A stretch of 64,000 nt of DNA from a virus (taxonomy: Duplodnaviria > Caudoviricetes). Below, piece by piece: positions 45,979 to 54,544 of this stretch (positions are counted from its first letter, which is position 1; every line of letters starts with the position of its first letter). The stretch spans positions 128,001-192,000 of IMG/VR virus record IMGVR_UViG_3300048672_000970; one strand, written 5' to 3'. The notes under the pieces are model-generated. The model did not search any database and was not told where the DNA came from. It saw only the letters and a program-made list of their open reading frames with translations. Both the position numbers and the translations under genes were made by a program.

Positions 45979-47223
45979 ATGAAACTATCACATTTATTTG
46001 AATCTACATCCGGGGGAACTGATTGGTCAGAATGCTGGAAAAATCCGACTGGAAATGATGTTTCATCGTTGATATCGAGCGAATTTGTATTATCAAAAGA
46101 TGAAGGGTTCCTAGGTCTGCTGTTTGCGCATGTGCAAGATTTGGTGATTAAATTCGATTCGCAGCGAACCATCAACGGCTGGTCTACGGATACAGTATCA
46201 CTGAATTCTATTTGCTATGATGGCTCGGATATGGGGCACTTTCTATTCACTCAAACGGAAACACTTAAAGGGCTCTACCAACAAAATAAAGAAATTACGG
46301 ATGAAGAATCGGCAGAAGATTTCCAAGACAAAGTGGAAGACTTTGCCGGCAAAATTATCAAGCATCGAATTGAAATTGCCGCAAAGTTATTTGGTATGAC
46401 GCAGAAACAGTTGTTCGGTAGTTTACCTTCCACCACGGGTGGTCTGTCAAGGAAACTGATGGAAATGTTCCTGATGCTCCGTGAGCATAAACAGGTGTTA
46501 GTTCATGAGTCAGATGAACTGAAAGTGTATAAAATCATGCCAGGACACGCTAAAATCGTAACAAATATCGTTGAAAAGAAATTTGGCGATAACGTATCTT
46601 TCTCTTGGTACGATTTCCGGTCAGAGTTTGGATTTGGCATCTGCATCAATCAGGGTGACGCTGTTCATACTTATGATTTGAGTAAATCTGAATACATCAC
46701 TTACACTAAATTCTATACCGTACAGATAAATCACAAACCCAAAATCATGCGTGGTCAATATCAATTCAAAACGGTGGCTGATTTGAAAAAGTTCGATAGT
46801 GTCCATTGTGAACATGTTGTTGACTTTGCCAAATCTATCAAATCCGATTTCAAGCTGACTGAATTTGGTCATCCACGCGGACCAAGTGTATTTCTAGGTC
46901 TTGTACCGGACAGTGCCTTCAGCGACTATATCAAACGAATTAGTATTAAGATGGAATCTTACACGCTTTCCAGACTTGAAGAACTTGAAGAAAGCCAAGG
47001 GTTCAAATTTGATGACATTAACAAAATTGCTGAGTTCTTCGCCGACCGATCACGTAAAACTAAATTACTGACCGCCATCAAATCGGTCATCAAATCGGGT
47101 AATACTGGAATGTTTGAAAAGGGGCTGAAATCCTTTATGACAGAGCTTGCAGCAAAGCAAGGTTTTTCTGCGCATGACCTATCATCCGTCAACCACTATA
47201 TCAATACGTGTTTCGGCTATTAA
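45979..47223 (+). CDS. LFES-tagged paralogue 8 (extended C-terminus)
   Basis: MKLSHLFES; EDFQDKVEDFA...QLFGSL. Confidence 0.75.
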   Translation: MKLSHLFESTSGGTDWSECWKNPTGNDVSSLISSEFVLSKDEGFLGLLFAHVQDLVIKFDSQRTINGWSTDTVSLNSICYDGSDMGHFLFTQTETLKGLYQQNKEITDEESAEDFQDKVEDFAGKIIKHRIEIAAKLFGMTQKQLFGSLPSTTGGLSRKLMEMFLMLREHKQVLVHESDELKVYKIMPGHAKIVTNIVEKKFGDNVSFSWYDFRSEFGFGICINQGDAVHTYDLSKSEYITYTKFYTVQINHKPKIMRGQYQFKTVADLKKFDSVHCEHVVDFAKSIKSDFKLTEFGHPRGPSVFLGLVPDSAFSDYIKRISIKMESYTLSRLEELEESQGFKFDDINKIAEFFADRSRKTKLLTAIKSVIKSGNTGMFEKGLKSFMTELAAKQGFSAHDLSSVNHYINTCFGY

Positions 47224-47230
47224 GGAATAT

Positions 47231-47926
47231 ATGAAACTGACCAACATATTTGAATCTTCCACCCCTTCTGCAATCGATTTTATTGAAAAGTTCAATAGCG
47301 TCTACAAAGGGAAATCGGTACCAGGGCTGCATACCATGTTCTACGGACTATCTCATAATCCATTACAGTGGGGGAATATGCGAATTGATAGATATACCAT
47401 CCTGTACGATAGTTCATCCCGTGACCAACGACTTTCGCCAGTGCTTAAAGAGCATCTTCCATCGGGGCATCATATTATCACTGGACATCTGTATGGATTG
47501 TTTGAGGCGGTATGTTTCGGCAGCGCGCAGCTTAATAATGCTGCTGCATTCATCGATTTAAGTAAATCAAATCACATTACAGATATTCCACTTTCAAAAT
47601 TACATAATGTCTTGTCGGCGCTAGCCCGCCAAATGATAGTCACCCTGGATGAAATGCGAAATGAAGGCATGCACCCGGATATGGATGATTTGCTTGCTGA
47701 TGAAGAAGTGAGTGACTGCCTTGATGAAGTGATTGACGTATCAGAGCAAATCTGCCACAATGCCATTGTGAAACTTGGCATTCCGATGCAAGTAATGTTA
47801 GGTGAATACCGACCAATGCAAATTGGCAAATTAGTCAGAGATTATTTCAAATATTGCGGGATGATTGATTTGGAAGAAGACGCTGATGCCGCCGATGATA
47901 GCGGCGAGTGGGAACCGGAGGATTAA
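47231..47926 (+). CDS. IFES-tagged paralogue 9
   Basis: MKLTNIFES after SD AAGGA; ADEEVSDCLDEV...VMLGEYRPMQIGK. Confidence 0.75.
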   Translation: MKLTNIFESSTPSAIDFIEKFNSVYKGKSVPGLHTMFYGLSHNPLQWGNMRIDRYTILYDSSSRDQRLSPVLKEHLPSGHHIITGHLYGLFEAVCFGSAQLNNAAAFIDLSKSNHITDIPLSKLHNVLSALARQMIVTLDEMRNEGMHPDMDDLLADEEVSDCLDEVIDVSEQICHNAIVKLGIPMQVMLGEYRPMQIGKLVRDYFKYCGMIDLEEDADAADDSGEWEPED

Positions 47927-48322
47927 ATGAATGTGCATACCATTGCTGATAACTTACCTTGCAATTTGATTGACATTGCCAATCAATGTAAAAGTTCGGC
48001 TGAGTTTTCGGCAGTGAATGAGCATTTCAATTTGTTATCATCTGGAGGCGACATTAAAGTCCTTCCAGATGATTTCAGATTCTCAGGTATTCTGGCTCTG
48101 ATGTCTACTCGCAAATTTCAGAATAGTAACCCTTCGTTAAGTATCAGTCGGCAATTGGATAAAGATACTGAAGAAGCGGTTGATACATGGCGAGAAAATT
48201 TGACCGAGTATTTTATGCGAATGAAGCGGCTCGGGTTCACTCATACTCAGTTGTTCGGAAATCTGTCGGCAGTTGATTTCAAATACTGGCTGAAAAAACA
48301 ACAAACGCGCAGCATGCCATAA
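47927..48322 (+). CDS. short untagged paralogue 10
   Basis: DKDTEEAVDTW...QLFGNLSAVDFK. Confidence 0.6.
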   Translation: MNVHTIADNLPCNLIDIANQCKSSAEFSAVNEHFNLLSSGGDIKVLPDDFRFSGILALMSTRKFQNSNPSLSISRQLDKDTEEAVDTWRENLTEYFMRMKRLGFTHTQLFGNLSAVDFKYWLKKQQTRSMP

Positions 48323-48344
48323 AAACTGATTTACTGGATACACA

Positions 48345-49364
48345 ATGAAACTTACTTCACTATTTGAATCGGCAGGTAAAAATTGGGCGGATGCTCATCT
48401 TGAACCTGTATTGGCGGATGGCATCAAGCAAGGCGATAAAATAACTTTCGATACTGCCACCGACACTGGTTTGATTTATCTGATTGTCAAGTCTTTTGGC
48501 GATTTTCAAGCTGTTTACATTGATGACGCCCTGCTGATGGACATTCCAGAGTATGAAAACTTCTTAACAGAACATAACGAGTTTGATGAATTCTTCACGT
48601 TCAGGCATTTCTCTGGTTCAGATGAGGATGATGAACTGATTGAAAATGCTGCTACCGATTTGCTCAAACTGGCGCGGCGATTGCAAGATGCTATAAACCT
48701 TCCACGAGGAAAATATTTTGGTAATTTAGCTCAAACTGTTGGCGCGATTGAGAAATTACTCCGGGCTGCAATCGTGCAGTATCAGAAAGGTGTCACACTG
48801 AAAGTGCAGCATGCCGAAGATGAAAAAATGCATGTTGAACTGTTCAAAGACGGCGACGGGCAGTTACGACCTAGACTGATGTCCCTCTGTGGATTCTCGG
48901 AGGAACAAGCATCAACGGCAGTTAGATTGCTTCGCACTAGATATTTCGTTTCAGCCCGGTCGTGCAACCTGCTAGTGATTAAGGAAAATATCCCTTACTT
49001 TATTATGCTGGGTGGAGTAGCAGCGACTATAGATGTTGTCAGATTGGATGCATCATCTGAGCAAACTACTTTTGAGTTCTCTGCGGAGAACTATCCCGGT
49101 CTTGATAAAATGTTCCCAGGTATCACCACTACTATCAAGAATCTGACTAAAAATGGAGAGTACATAAATAATTACCTGTATTTTGAACATACTACCTTTA
49201 ATCATTTCCCGATGGTGTTCCTACATGGCGATGTTCTCTCCAGACTGATTATAAATCGTAGCATTGATTTGGAAAAACTTAAAGTTGCCATTCCAAAAGC
49301 GTATACGCAGGGTGATAAAATCTTCCCGCTGCAAAGGGTGATAAAATCTTCCCGCTGCTGCTAA
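48345..49364 (+). CDS. LFES-tagged paralogue 11 (extended; C-terminus altered by a duplication)
   Basis: MKLTSLFES; DEDDELIENAA...KYFGNLAQTVGAIEK. Confidence 0.75.
   Translation: MKLTSLFESAGKNWADAHLEPVLADGIKQGDKITFDTATDTGLIYLIVKSFGDFQAVYIDDALLMDIPEYENFLTEHNEFDEFFTFRHFSGSDEDDELIENAATDLLKLARRLQDAINLPRGKYFGNLAQTVGAIEKLLRAAIVQYQKGVTLKVQHAEDEKMHVELFKDGDGQLRPRLMSLCGFSEEQASTAVRLLRTRYFVSARSCNLLVIKENIPYFIMLGGVAATIDVVRLDASSEQTTFEFSAENYPGLDKMFPGITTTIKNLTKNGEYINNYLYFEHTTFNHFPMVFLHGDVLSRLIINRSIDLEKLKVAIPKAYTQGDKIFPLQRVIKSSRCC
49309..49358 (+). repeat. 26-nt-period tandem duplication causing a frameshift
   Basis: AGGGTGATAAAATCTTCCCGCTGC at 49309 and 49335. Confidence 0.95.
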
Positions 49365-49442
49365 AACTTGAGTGGCGGACGGAATATAAGTAGAATGGGT
49401 AAATCATTCTCGCACCTGCGTTATTAGAATTTGACAGAAACT

Positions 49443-49480
49443 AATGGAGGTTGATAAATACTTGTCAACCTCCATTTTTC
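49443..49480 (+). promoter_or_regulatory. 12-bp hairpin with TAAATA in its loop, followed by a T-tract
   Basis: AATGGAGGTTGA-taaatacttg-TCAACCTCCATT-TTTC. Confidence 0.65.
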
Positions 49481-49483
49481 CAT

Positions 49484-51439
49484 TTGGCTCGAAACGAACA
49501 AATCAAGCGCGCAGGTACTGAATGTGAATATACACCTGAGCAAGTGCAAGAGTTGCGCAAGTGTATTACAGACCCTATCTATTTCATTACCAACTATGTC
49601 AAGGTATCACACCCCACTAAAGGGCTAGTACCTTTCGCCCTATACGAATACCAAGAGCGACTGATTAGGCATTTGCACTCAAGTAGATTCTCGATTCTAA
49701 ATCTACCTAGACAACAAGGTAAAACAATCACATCAGCCATTTATCTATTCTGGAAGTCACAGTTTACCAGTAATGGCACATTTCTCATCGCATCAAAAAA
49801 CGAATCTCACGCGAAAGAGATTGCAGCCAGAATTCGAGTCGCATATGAAAATTTACCAAATTGGCTGAAAGCGGGTGTCAAACTGTATAACATGCACATG
49901 ATGGAATTTGACAATGGTTCAAAAATTATCTGTGAAGCAACTACCGATAAAACCGGGCGCGGGCTTGCTATCACTTGTGTAAGTGGTGATACTGAAATCA
50001 CCACTCGGCCAAAAGACTGCCCAGAATATCTGCAAGCTGGAACTACCATTCAAATCTCGCAACTGGCGTTAGGTAACTTTCCAGATACAGACCAGCTAAA
50101 AATTGACATAGCTGAATTAGAAATTCTAACACCATCTGGTTTTGAATCTTTTGATGGCATCGTCATCACGCCTGACAAGCCGTTACTTGAAATACAATTC
50201 AATGATGGGTCACATCTGAAATGCACCCCTAATCATTTACTTTTAGTTGATGGTGTATTCAAATCGGCTGACCTGCTAACGCCCGAAGAAAATGTTAACG
50301 GATTATATGTAATCAGCATTACTCAACTACCTGGACTACATCCGGTCTACGATTTGATAAACGTTGCTGACCACCATACTTACAAAACAAATAACGTCTA
50401 TAGCCATAATTGCATCTATCTTGATGAGCTTGCATTCATCAGTAAAACCATTCAGCAAGAGATGTGGACTTCGTTACAACCGGCTATCTCGACTGGTGGG
50501 TCAATCATTATTTCTTCTACACCTAACGGAGATACCGACCTTTTCGCTAATCTGTGGCGTGGCGCTCCAGAAAATGATTTCATGCCATTTTCTACTCATT
50601 GGAGTGACCATCCAGATAGAGGGCCAGAGTATTATGATCTGATGCTCAAACAGCTCGGCCCGGTTAAAGTCCGTCAAGAAGTTGATTGCGAATTTCTATC
50701 ATCAGACGCATTGCTTATCAATTCAATCGCACTCAATAACATCCGTTCAGTAAAACCTACTTTCACTTCGTTAGGGTTCGATTTCTGGATTCCTGACAAT
50801 TCAGTGAAGGGTGAAGGGACGACTTACCTTATCACTCTCGACCCGTCTACCGGTTCATTACAAGATTCATCAGTTATTGAAGTATTTGAATTCCCTTCGT
50901 TGAATCAGGTGGCTGAACTACACCTAGATGATGTTAACATCCCTTTAATCTATTCTAAACTGAAATGGATTATCAAGTATTTTGCTGTCAATGGGGCAAA
51001 TGTGTTATGGACGTTTGAACGTAATGGAATTGGCGAAGCAGTTGGCGCATTACATTTCAATGACGAGAACTTTGAGTTCCCTGGCTCTGATAACGTCTCA
51101 ATCGTCTCAGATTTGGACAAGATTGGTTTATTCACTACCCCGGCTAAAAAAATTACGTTCTGTTTGCAATTGAAACAGTTGGTCGAACAAATGAACGGAT
51201 TGAACATCCGTTCAGATTATCTGTTGAAAGAACTGAAAAACTTTGTCGCTGCTGGTGGAACCTATAAAGGAAAATCTGGATATCATGATGATGCCGTGAT
51301 GGCAACTGTCCTGACGATGCGATTGCTAAAATATTTGGCAGAGTACGATGAAGCTGCATTCAACCAAGTGAACACTTACATTGATGAGGAAGCAAGTATT
51401 GACGATTCGGATGCGTGCGTTCCATTCATGATTAGTTAA
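49484..51439 (+). CDS. terL: terminase large subunit (T4 gp17-like), intein-containing; start uncertain (TTG 49451 or 49484)
   Basis: DPIYFI, LYEYQ, Walker A PRQQGKT, Walker B IYLDE, coupling SSTPNG, nuclease TLDPS and HDDAVMA. Confidence 0.95.
   Translation: MARNEQIKRAGTECEYTPEQVQELRKCITDPIYFITNYVKVSHPTKGLVPFALYEYQERLIRHLHSSRFSILNLPRQQGKTITSAIYLFWKSQFTSNGTFLIASKNESHAKEIAARIRVAYENLPNWLKAGVKLYNMHMMEFDNGSKIICEATTDKTGRGLAITCVSGDTEITTRPKDCPEYLQAGTTIQISQLALGNFPDTDQLKIDIAELEILTPSGFESFDGIVITPDKPLLEIQFNDGSHLKCTPNHLLLVDGVFKSADLLTPEENVNGLYVISITQLPGLHPVYDLINVADHHTYKTNNVYSHNCIYLDELAFISKTIQQEMWTSLQPAISTGGSIIISSTPNGDTDLFANLWRGAPENDFMPFSTHWSDHPDRGPEYYDLMLKQLGPVKVRQEVDCEFLSSDALLINSIALNNIRSVKPTFTSLGFDFWIPDNSVKGEGTTYLITLDPSTGSLQDSSVIEVFEFPSLNQVAELHLDDVNIPLIYSKLKWIIKYFAVNGANVLWTFERNGIGEAVGALHFNDENFEFPGSDNVSIVSDLDKIGLFTTPAKKITFCLQLKQLVEQMNGLNIRSDYLLKELKNFVAAGGTYKGKSGYHDDAVMATVLTMRLLKYLAEYDEAAFNQVNTYIDEEASIDDSDACVPFMIS
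49976..50410 (+). mobile_element. mini-intein (145 aa, no homing endonuclease) in TerL
   Basis: Begins CVSGDT; block B LKCTPNH; block F VYDLINV; ends NNVYSHN followed by Cys+1. Confidence 0.92.
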
Positions 51440-51442
51440 ATA
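51436..51442 (+). promoter_or_regulatory. late promoter (TTAAATA)
   Basis: Overlaps the terL stop; 17 nt before ATG 51460. Confidence 0.5.
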
Positions 51443-51459
51443 AGTTTTTGGGGTAGGGT

Positions 51460-51948
51460 ATGATAGCAAGTCAGAGTATTAAAAACATGATGTGGCGAAG
51501 GGGATTTATTCAATCACTTGGTGGGCAAAGTTTATCTCCAGTGGAAACAAAAACCGTTACCATTATGATTTTGGGAGGAACCCCTCCAGCTAATCTGGCT
51601 ACCGCTAAAGCCAATTGGTCGATGTATAACGCCACTACCCCAAATTTATTAGGATTTGTCCAAGTGACTTTATCTGAAGTTCAATTGGGGAAATATATGG
51701 TGGCAACTGATTGGGCGAGAACAGGTATTAACGCCATGAATAATGGTATCGCATCATGGGCAGTATGTTTTGGTGATTATGGCGATGCGAGTGCAGCATG
51801 GAGTGCTGCAACTATCCCTGATACAGTGGCGTTAGCAATGATTTCAGTTTCTGACATCACCGGCACTGCACCCTTAAGATTACTGACCACCACTTTGCAA
51901 AGTGGTGAACCCTTTTTTATCACTGACATGGGATTCATGAACGTATGA
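51460..51948 (+). CDS. virion structural protein
   Basis: IMILGGTPP...GIASWA...SVSD pattern; paralogue of the next gene. Confidence 0.55.
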   Translation: MIASQSIKNMMWRRGFIQSLGGQSLSPVETKTVTIMILGGTPPANLATAKANWSMYNATTPNLLGFVQVTLSEVQLGKYMVATDWARTGINAMNNGIASWAVCFGDYGDASAAWSAATIPDTVALAMISVSDITGTAPLRLLTTTLQSGEPFFITDMGFMNV

Positions 51949-52466
51949 ACAAAGTAGAAATTTATTCACCTGAATACAGTTCGTCCATCACCCATTTTAA
52001 CGGTATCTCCATTGCCATTCCTGGTTTAGAAGAATTACAAGGGCTGTTATCCGGTAATGCAGCGTCATCGACCAACTACACCTACATCAAAATAATGAAG
52101 GGAACGGTGCCAACGTCGTTAGCCGGCTTCAACCTTGATTATCGCGCATCAGATGAGTTGATGCGGTTTTCAACTGGTCAAGGGCGCATTCCTAGTGGTT
52201 CGCAAGATTTCTCGGTATCATTTCCGTCCTGGCATGAAGTTAACATTTCTTCCAATGTCTTACCGGCCGTTAACGGAGGGACTGCCACTTGGTTCTTGCT
52301 TGAATCGATAAGCAGTGTGGGCAATATTTGCCATCAGTTGATTGGGACGGTTGGCTTGCCAAACTCGGGTGCAGACCTTGAGTTATCAAATACTACACTC
52401 ATTCAAGGGTCTTCATATCACATCGTCAAGTTTTATATCAATTTCAACTATTTTTGGAGCGTGTAA
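51945..52466 (+). CDS. virion structural protein
   Basis: IKIMKGTVP...GTATWF...IGTVG...SGADLEL. Confidence 0.6.
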   Translation: MNKVEIYSPEYSSSITHFNGISIAIPGLEELQGLLSGNAASSTNYTYIKIMKGTVPTSLAGFNLDYRASDELMRFSTGQGRIPSGSQDFSVSFPSWHEVNISSNVLPAVNGGTATWFLLESISSVGNICHQLIGTVGLPNSGADLELSNTTLIQGSSYHIVKFYINFNYFWSV

Positions 52467-54529
52467 TGTACAGCGCAGGCATCGGCATTTACGCCGCATT
52501 AAAAAAGTATAACGTTGTTTCGTTCAATGTTCAGTATTCGGTCAGCAACTTCAATCAACCATATAGGAATATATTCACGGTTAAGTCTGGTAACATCGTT
52601 TTCGATGTCGATGCCAGACTGAGTTATAGAGGGTTGAATTTCCAAACTACCGACATGCCGTTTGTCAAAAACCGCACCTACATTCCGGCTGATGGACAGT
52701 ATTACAAAAACTACTATTTCTATCGAGGGACAAATTCCACGTTTGAAAATGATGCTTCGGAAGGAGGCATTGCCGATTTCTATTCGACGTACAATTATGG
52801 TGCGATGAGATTTTCGGGCGCATCAATGGTCACGGCCAATAAGAAAACTCCGTTTCTGAATAGCATGCATTCTTCCACTGGCAAATACACCATTATCATG
52901 TGGGTTAGATTAGGCGATAGAACGGTATCTAACGGCGGTGTGTTGTTTGATAGCGGAACGAACAACGGATTCAACGGCATTCAAATAGGCGAGATTGGTA
53001 ATGCATCTGGCCTCAATTTGAATAACTTATCATTCACTATCAAAAACTCTGACACTATCTTTGATTTGAGTTCCATTAGTAACGTCAACTTGGGTACACA
53101 TCGGGTGCAAGGTATTGCGTTAAGTATCGATTGCACCGGTGCATCCAATTCATTTGTCAGAACTTTTAGAGGTGGTAATGAATATCCAGTTTTCAATCTA
53201 GCTTCATATTTTGCTTCAGCTACTGGTTCTTATTCCGCATGCCCAAATTTCGCTCGGATTGGTGCTGATGCAAATGGAACTAGAATTGTTCCTGATGGCA
53301 CGACTGTTTTCAGTGTGAGAACCTATAACACCAATTTGACGGCTTCAGAAGTCTATGATGAATTTTTGCAGCAAGCACATCAGTTTGACCCGTTACTCAT
53401 TTTAGATGCGTCCAATTCGCCAACCATCACTAACAATTTCATCACTGATAATTCAAACTATGCGGTGGAATCATTACTCCAAAATACTGCTCCTGAAACT
53501 GCCCCTGCTGAGTTATTTTGTGCAACATCAATTCCAGTGGGAAGTAGTGCGAAATCAATCAGGTTGCGTCTCGGCTTGATGGCTAATGAATTGATGTCGA
53601 ATGACTACACGATGAAATTTGTGTTCAGTATGCCGTCTGCTTCATCAACCTCCGTTTTTTATGCGAGTGATGATGGCAGTATGGAAATTTATTATCGCAC
53701 TTTTTCAAACGAGATAGTTATCAATCATTCAAACGGAACAGCAACATTTCCAGTGACGTTATCCGCCAATACGAAATACATGCTGACTATCACGTATCGG
53801 CATTCATATTTCTATGTTCATCTGAACGGTGTTGCCATCTCTGGCACAGTAGCTGTCAATAGACCCGCACTCAGACTGGCTACGGCCGCATATGCATACA
53901 TCGGTTCATCACCAAACCGAAACTCATCTTCACAAATCAATTTGAAGTATGTCGTCTTTTACCCATATGCCAAATTTGATTCATACGATTACAATGCGAC
54001 GTTACATGAAGATGATAACGCCCCTTTCCAAATTTCTGCACCCGCTTATCCAGTTGGCATGAAACGTTATCTGAAGTTATCCAATTTCATTTTCGCCACT
54101 GGAACTTCAATGCAATTGGTCGGCATCGAACTCATTAGCATCTATGGGTCAAATATGGAACAAGAAGCAGGATTGATGGCTACTGAACTGCCGGACAACT
54201 ATGATTTCAATATCTTACAAGATTCCATGCCATTTTCAAAACTAGAAACTCTATATGGTGCTACCACCTATTATGTCTCCAAGACAGTATCCACCAATAC
54301 AGTCCTTGTATATGATTTTGGGTTATCTCGAACCACACTTGAACCTTTAGCCGGAATTCGCATATCTTGCAAGAACGACAACTATCCCACTTCGTACACT
54401 GTATGGCGAAGTGATGACGGAATTGTTTGGGATTCTCAAATTGTCGTAACTGGTCAAACCAACCCCGGAAACCAATGGAACAACGTAGCCATCGGTTCAT
54501 TAATGTCCGACCCATTACTCAGTGCTTGA
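52466..54529 (+). CDS. tail-fibre/adhesin-like protein with LamG (ConA-like) and C-terminal discoidin-like domains
   Basis: YTIIMWVR...GVLFD...SVRTYNTNLTASEV; YPTSYTVWRSDDGIVW. Confidence 0.6.
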   Translation: MYSAGIGIYAALKKYNVVSFNVQYSVSNFNQPYRNIFTVKSGNIVFDVDARLSYRGLNFQTTDMPFVKNRTYIPADGQYYKNYYFYRGTNSTFENDASEGGIADFYSTYNYGAMRFSGASMVTANKKTPFLNSMHSSTGKYTIIMWVRLGDRTVSNGGVLFDSGTNNGFNGIQIGEIGNASGLNLNNLSFTIKNSDTIFDLSSISNVNLGTHRVQGIALSIDCTGASNSFVRTFRGGNEYPVFNLASYFASATGSYSACPNFARIGADANGTRIVPDGTTVFSVRTYNTNLTASEVYDEFLQQAHQFDPLLILDASNSPTITNNFITDNSNYAVESLLQNTAPETAPAELFCATSIPVGSSAKSIRLRLGLMANELMSNDYTMKFVFSMPSASSTSVFYASDDGSMEIYYRTFSNEIVINHSNGTATFPVTLSANTKYMLTITYRHSYFYVHLNGVAISGTVAVNRPALRLATAAYAYIGSSPNRNSSSQINLKYVVFYPYAKFDSYDYNATLHEDDNAPFQISAPAYPVGMKRYLKLSNFIFATGTSMQLVGIELISIYGSNMEQEAGLMATELPDNYDFNILQDSMPFSKLETLYGATTYYVSKTVSTNTVLVYDFGLSRTTLEPLAGIRISCKNDNYPTSYTVWRSDDGIVWDSQIVVTGQTNPGNQWNNVAIGSLMSDPLLSA

Positions 54530-54544
54530 GTAGTGATTATACAT

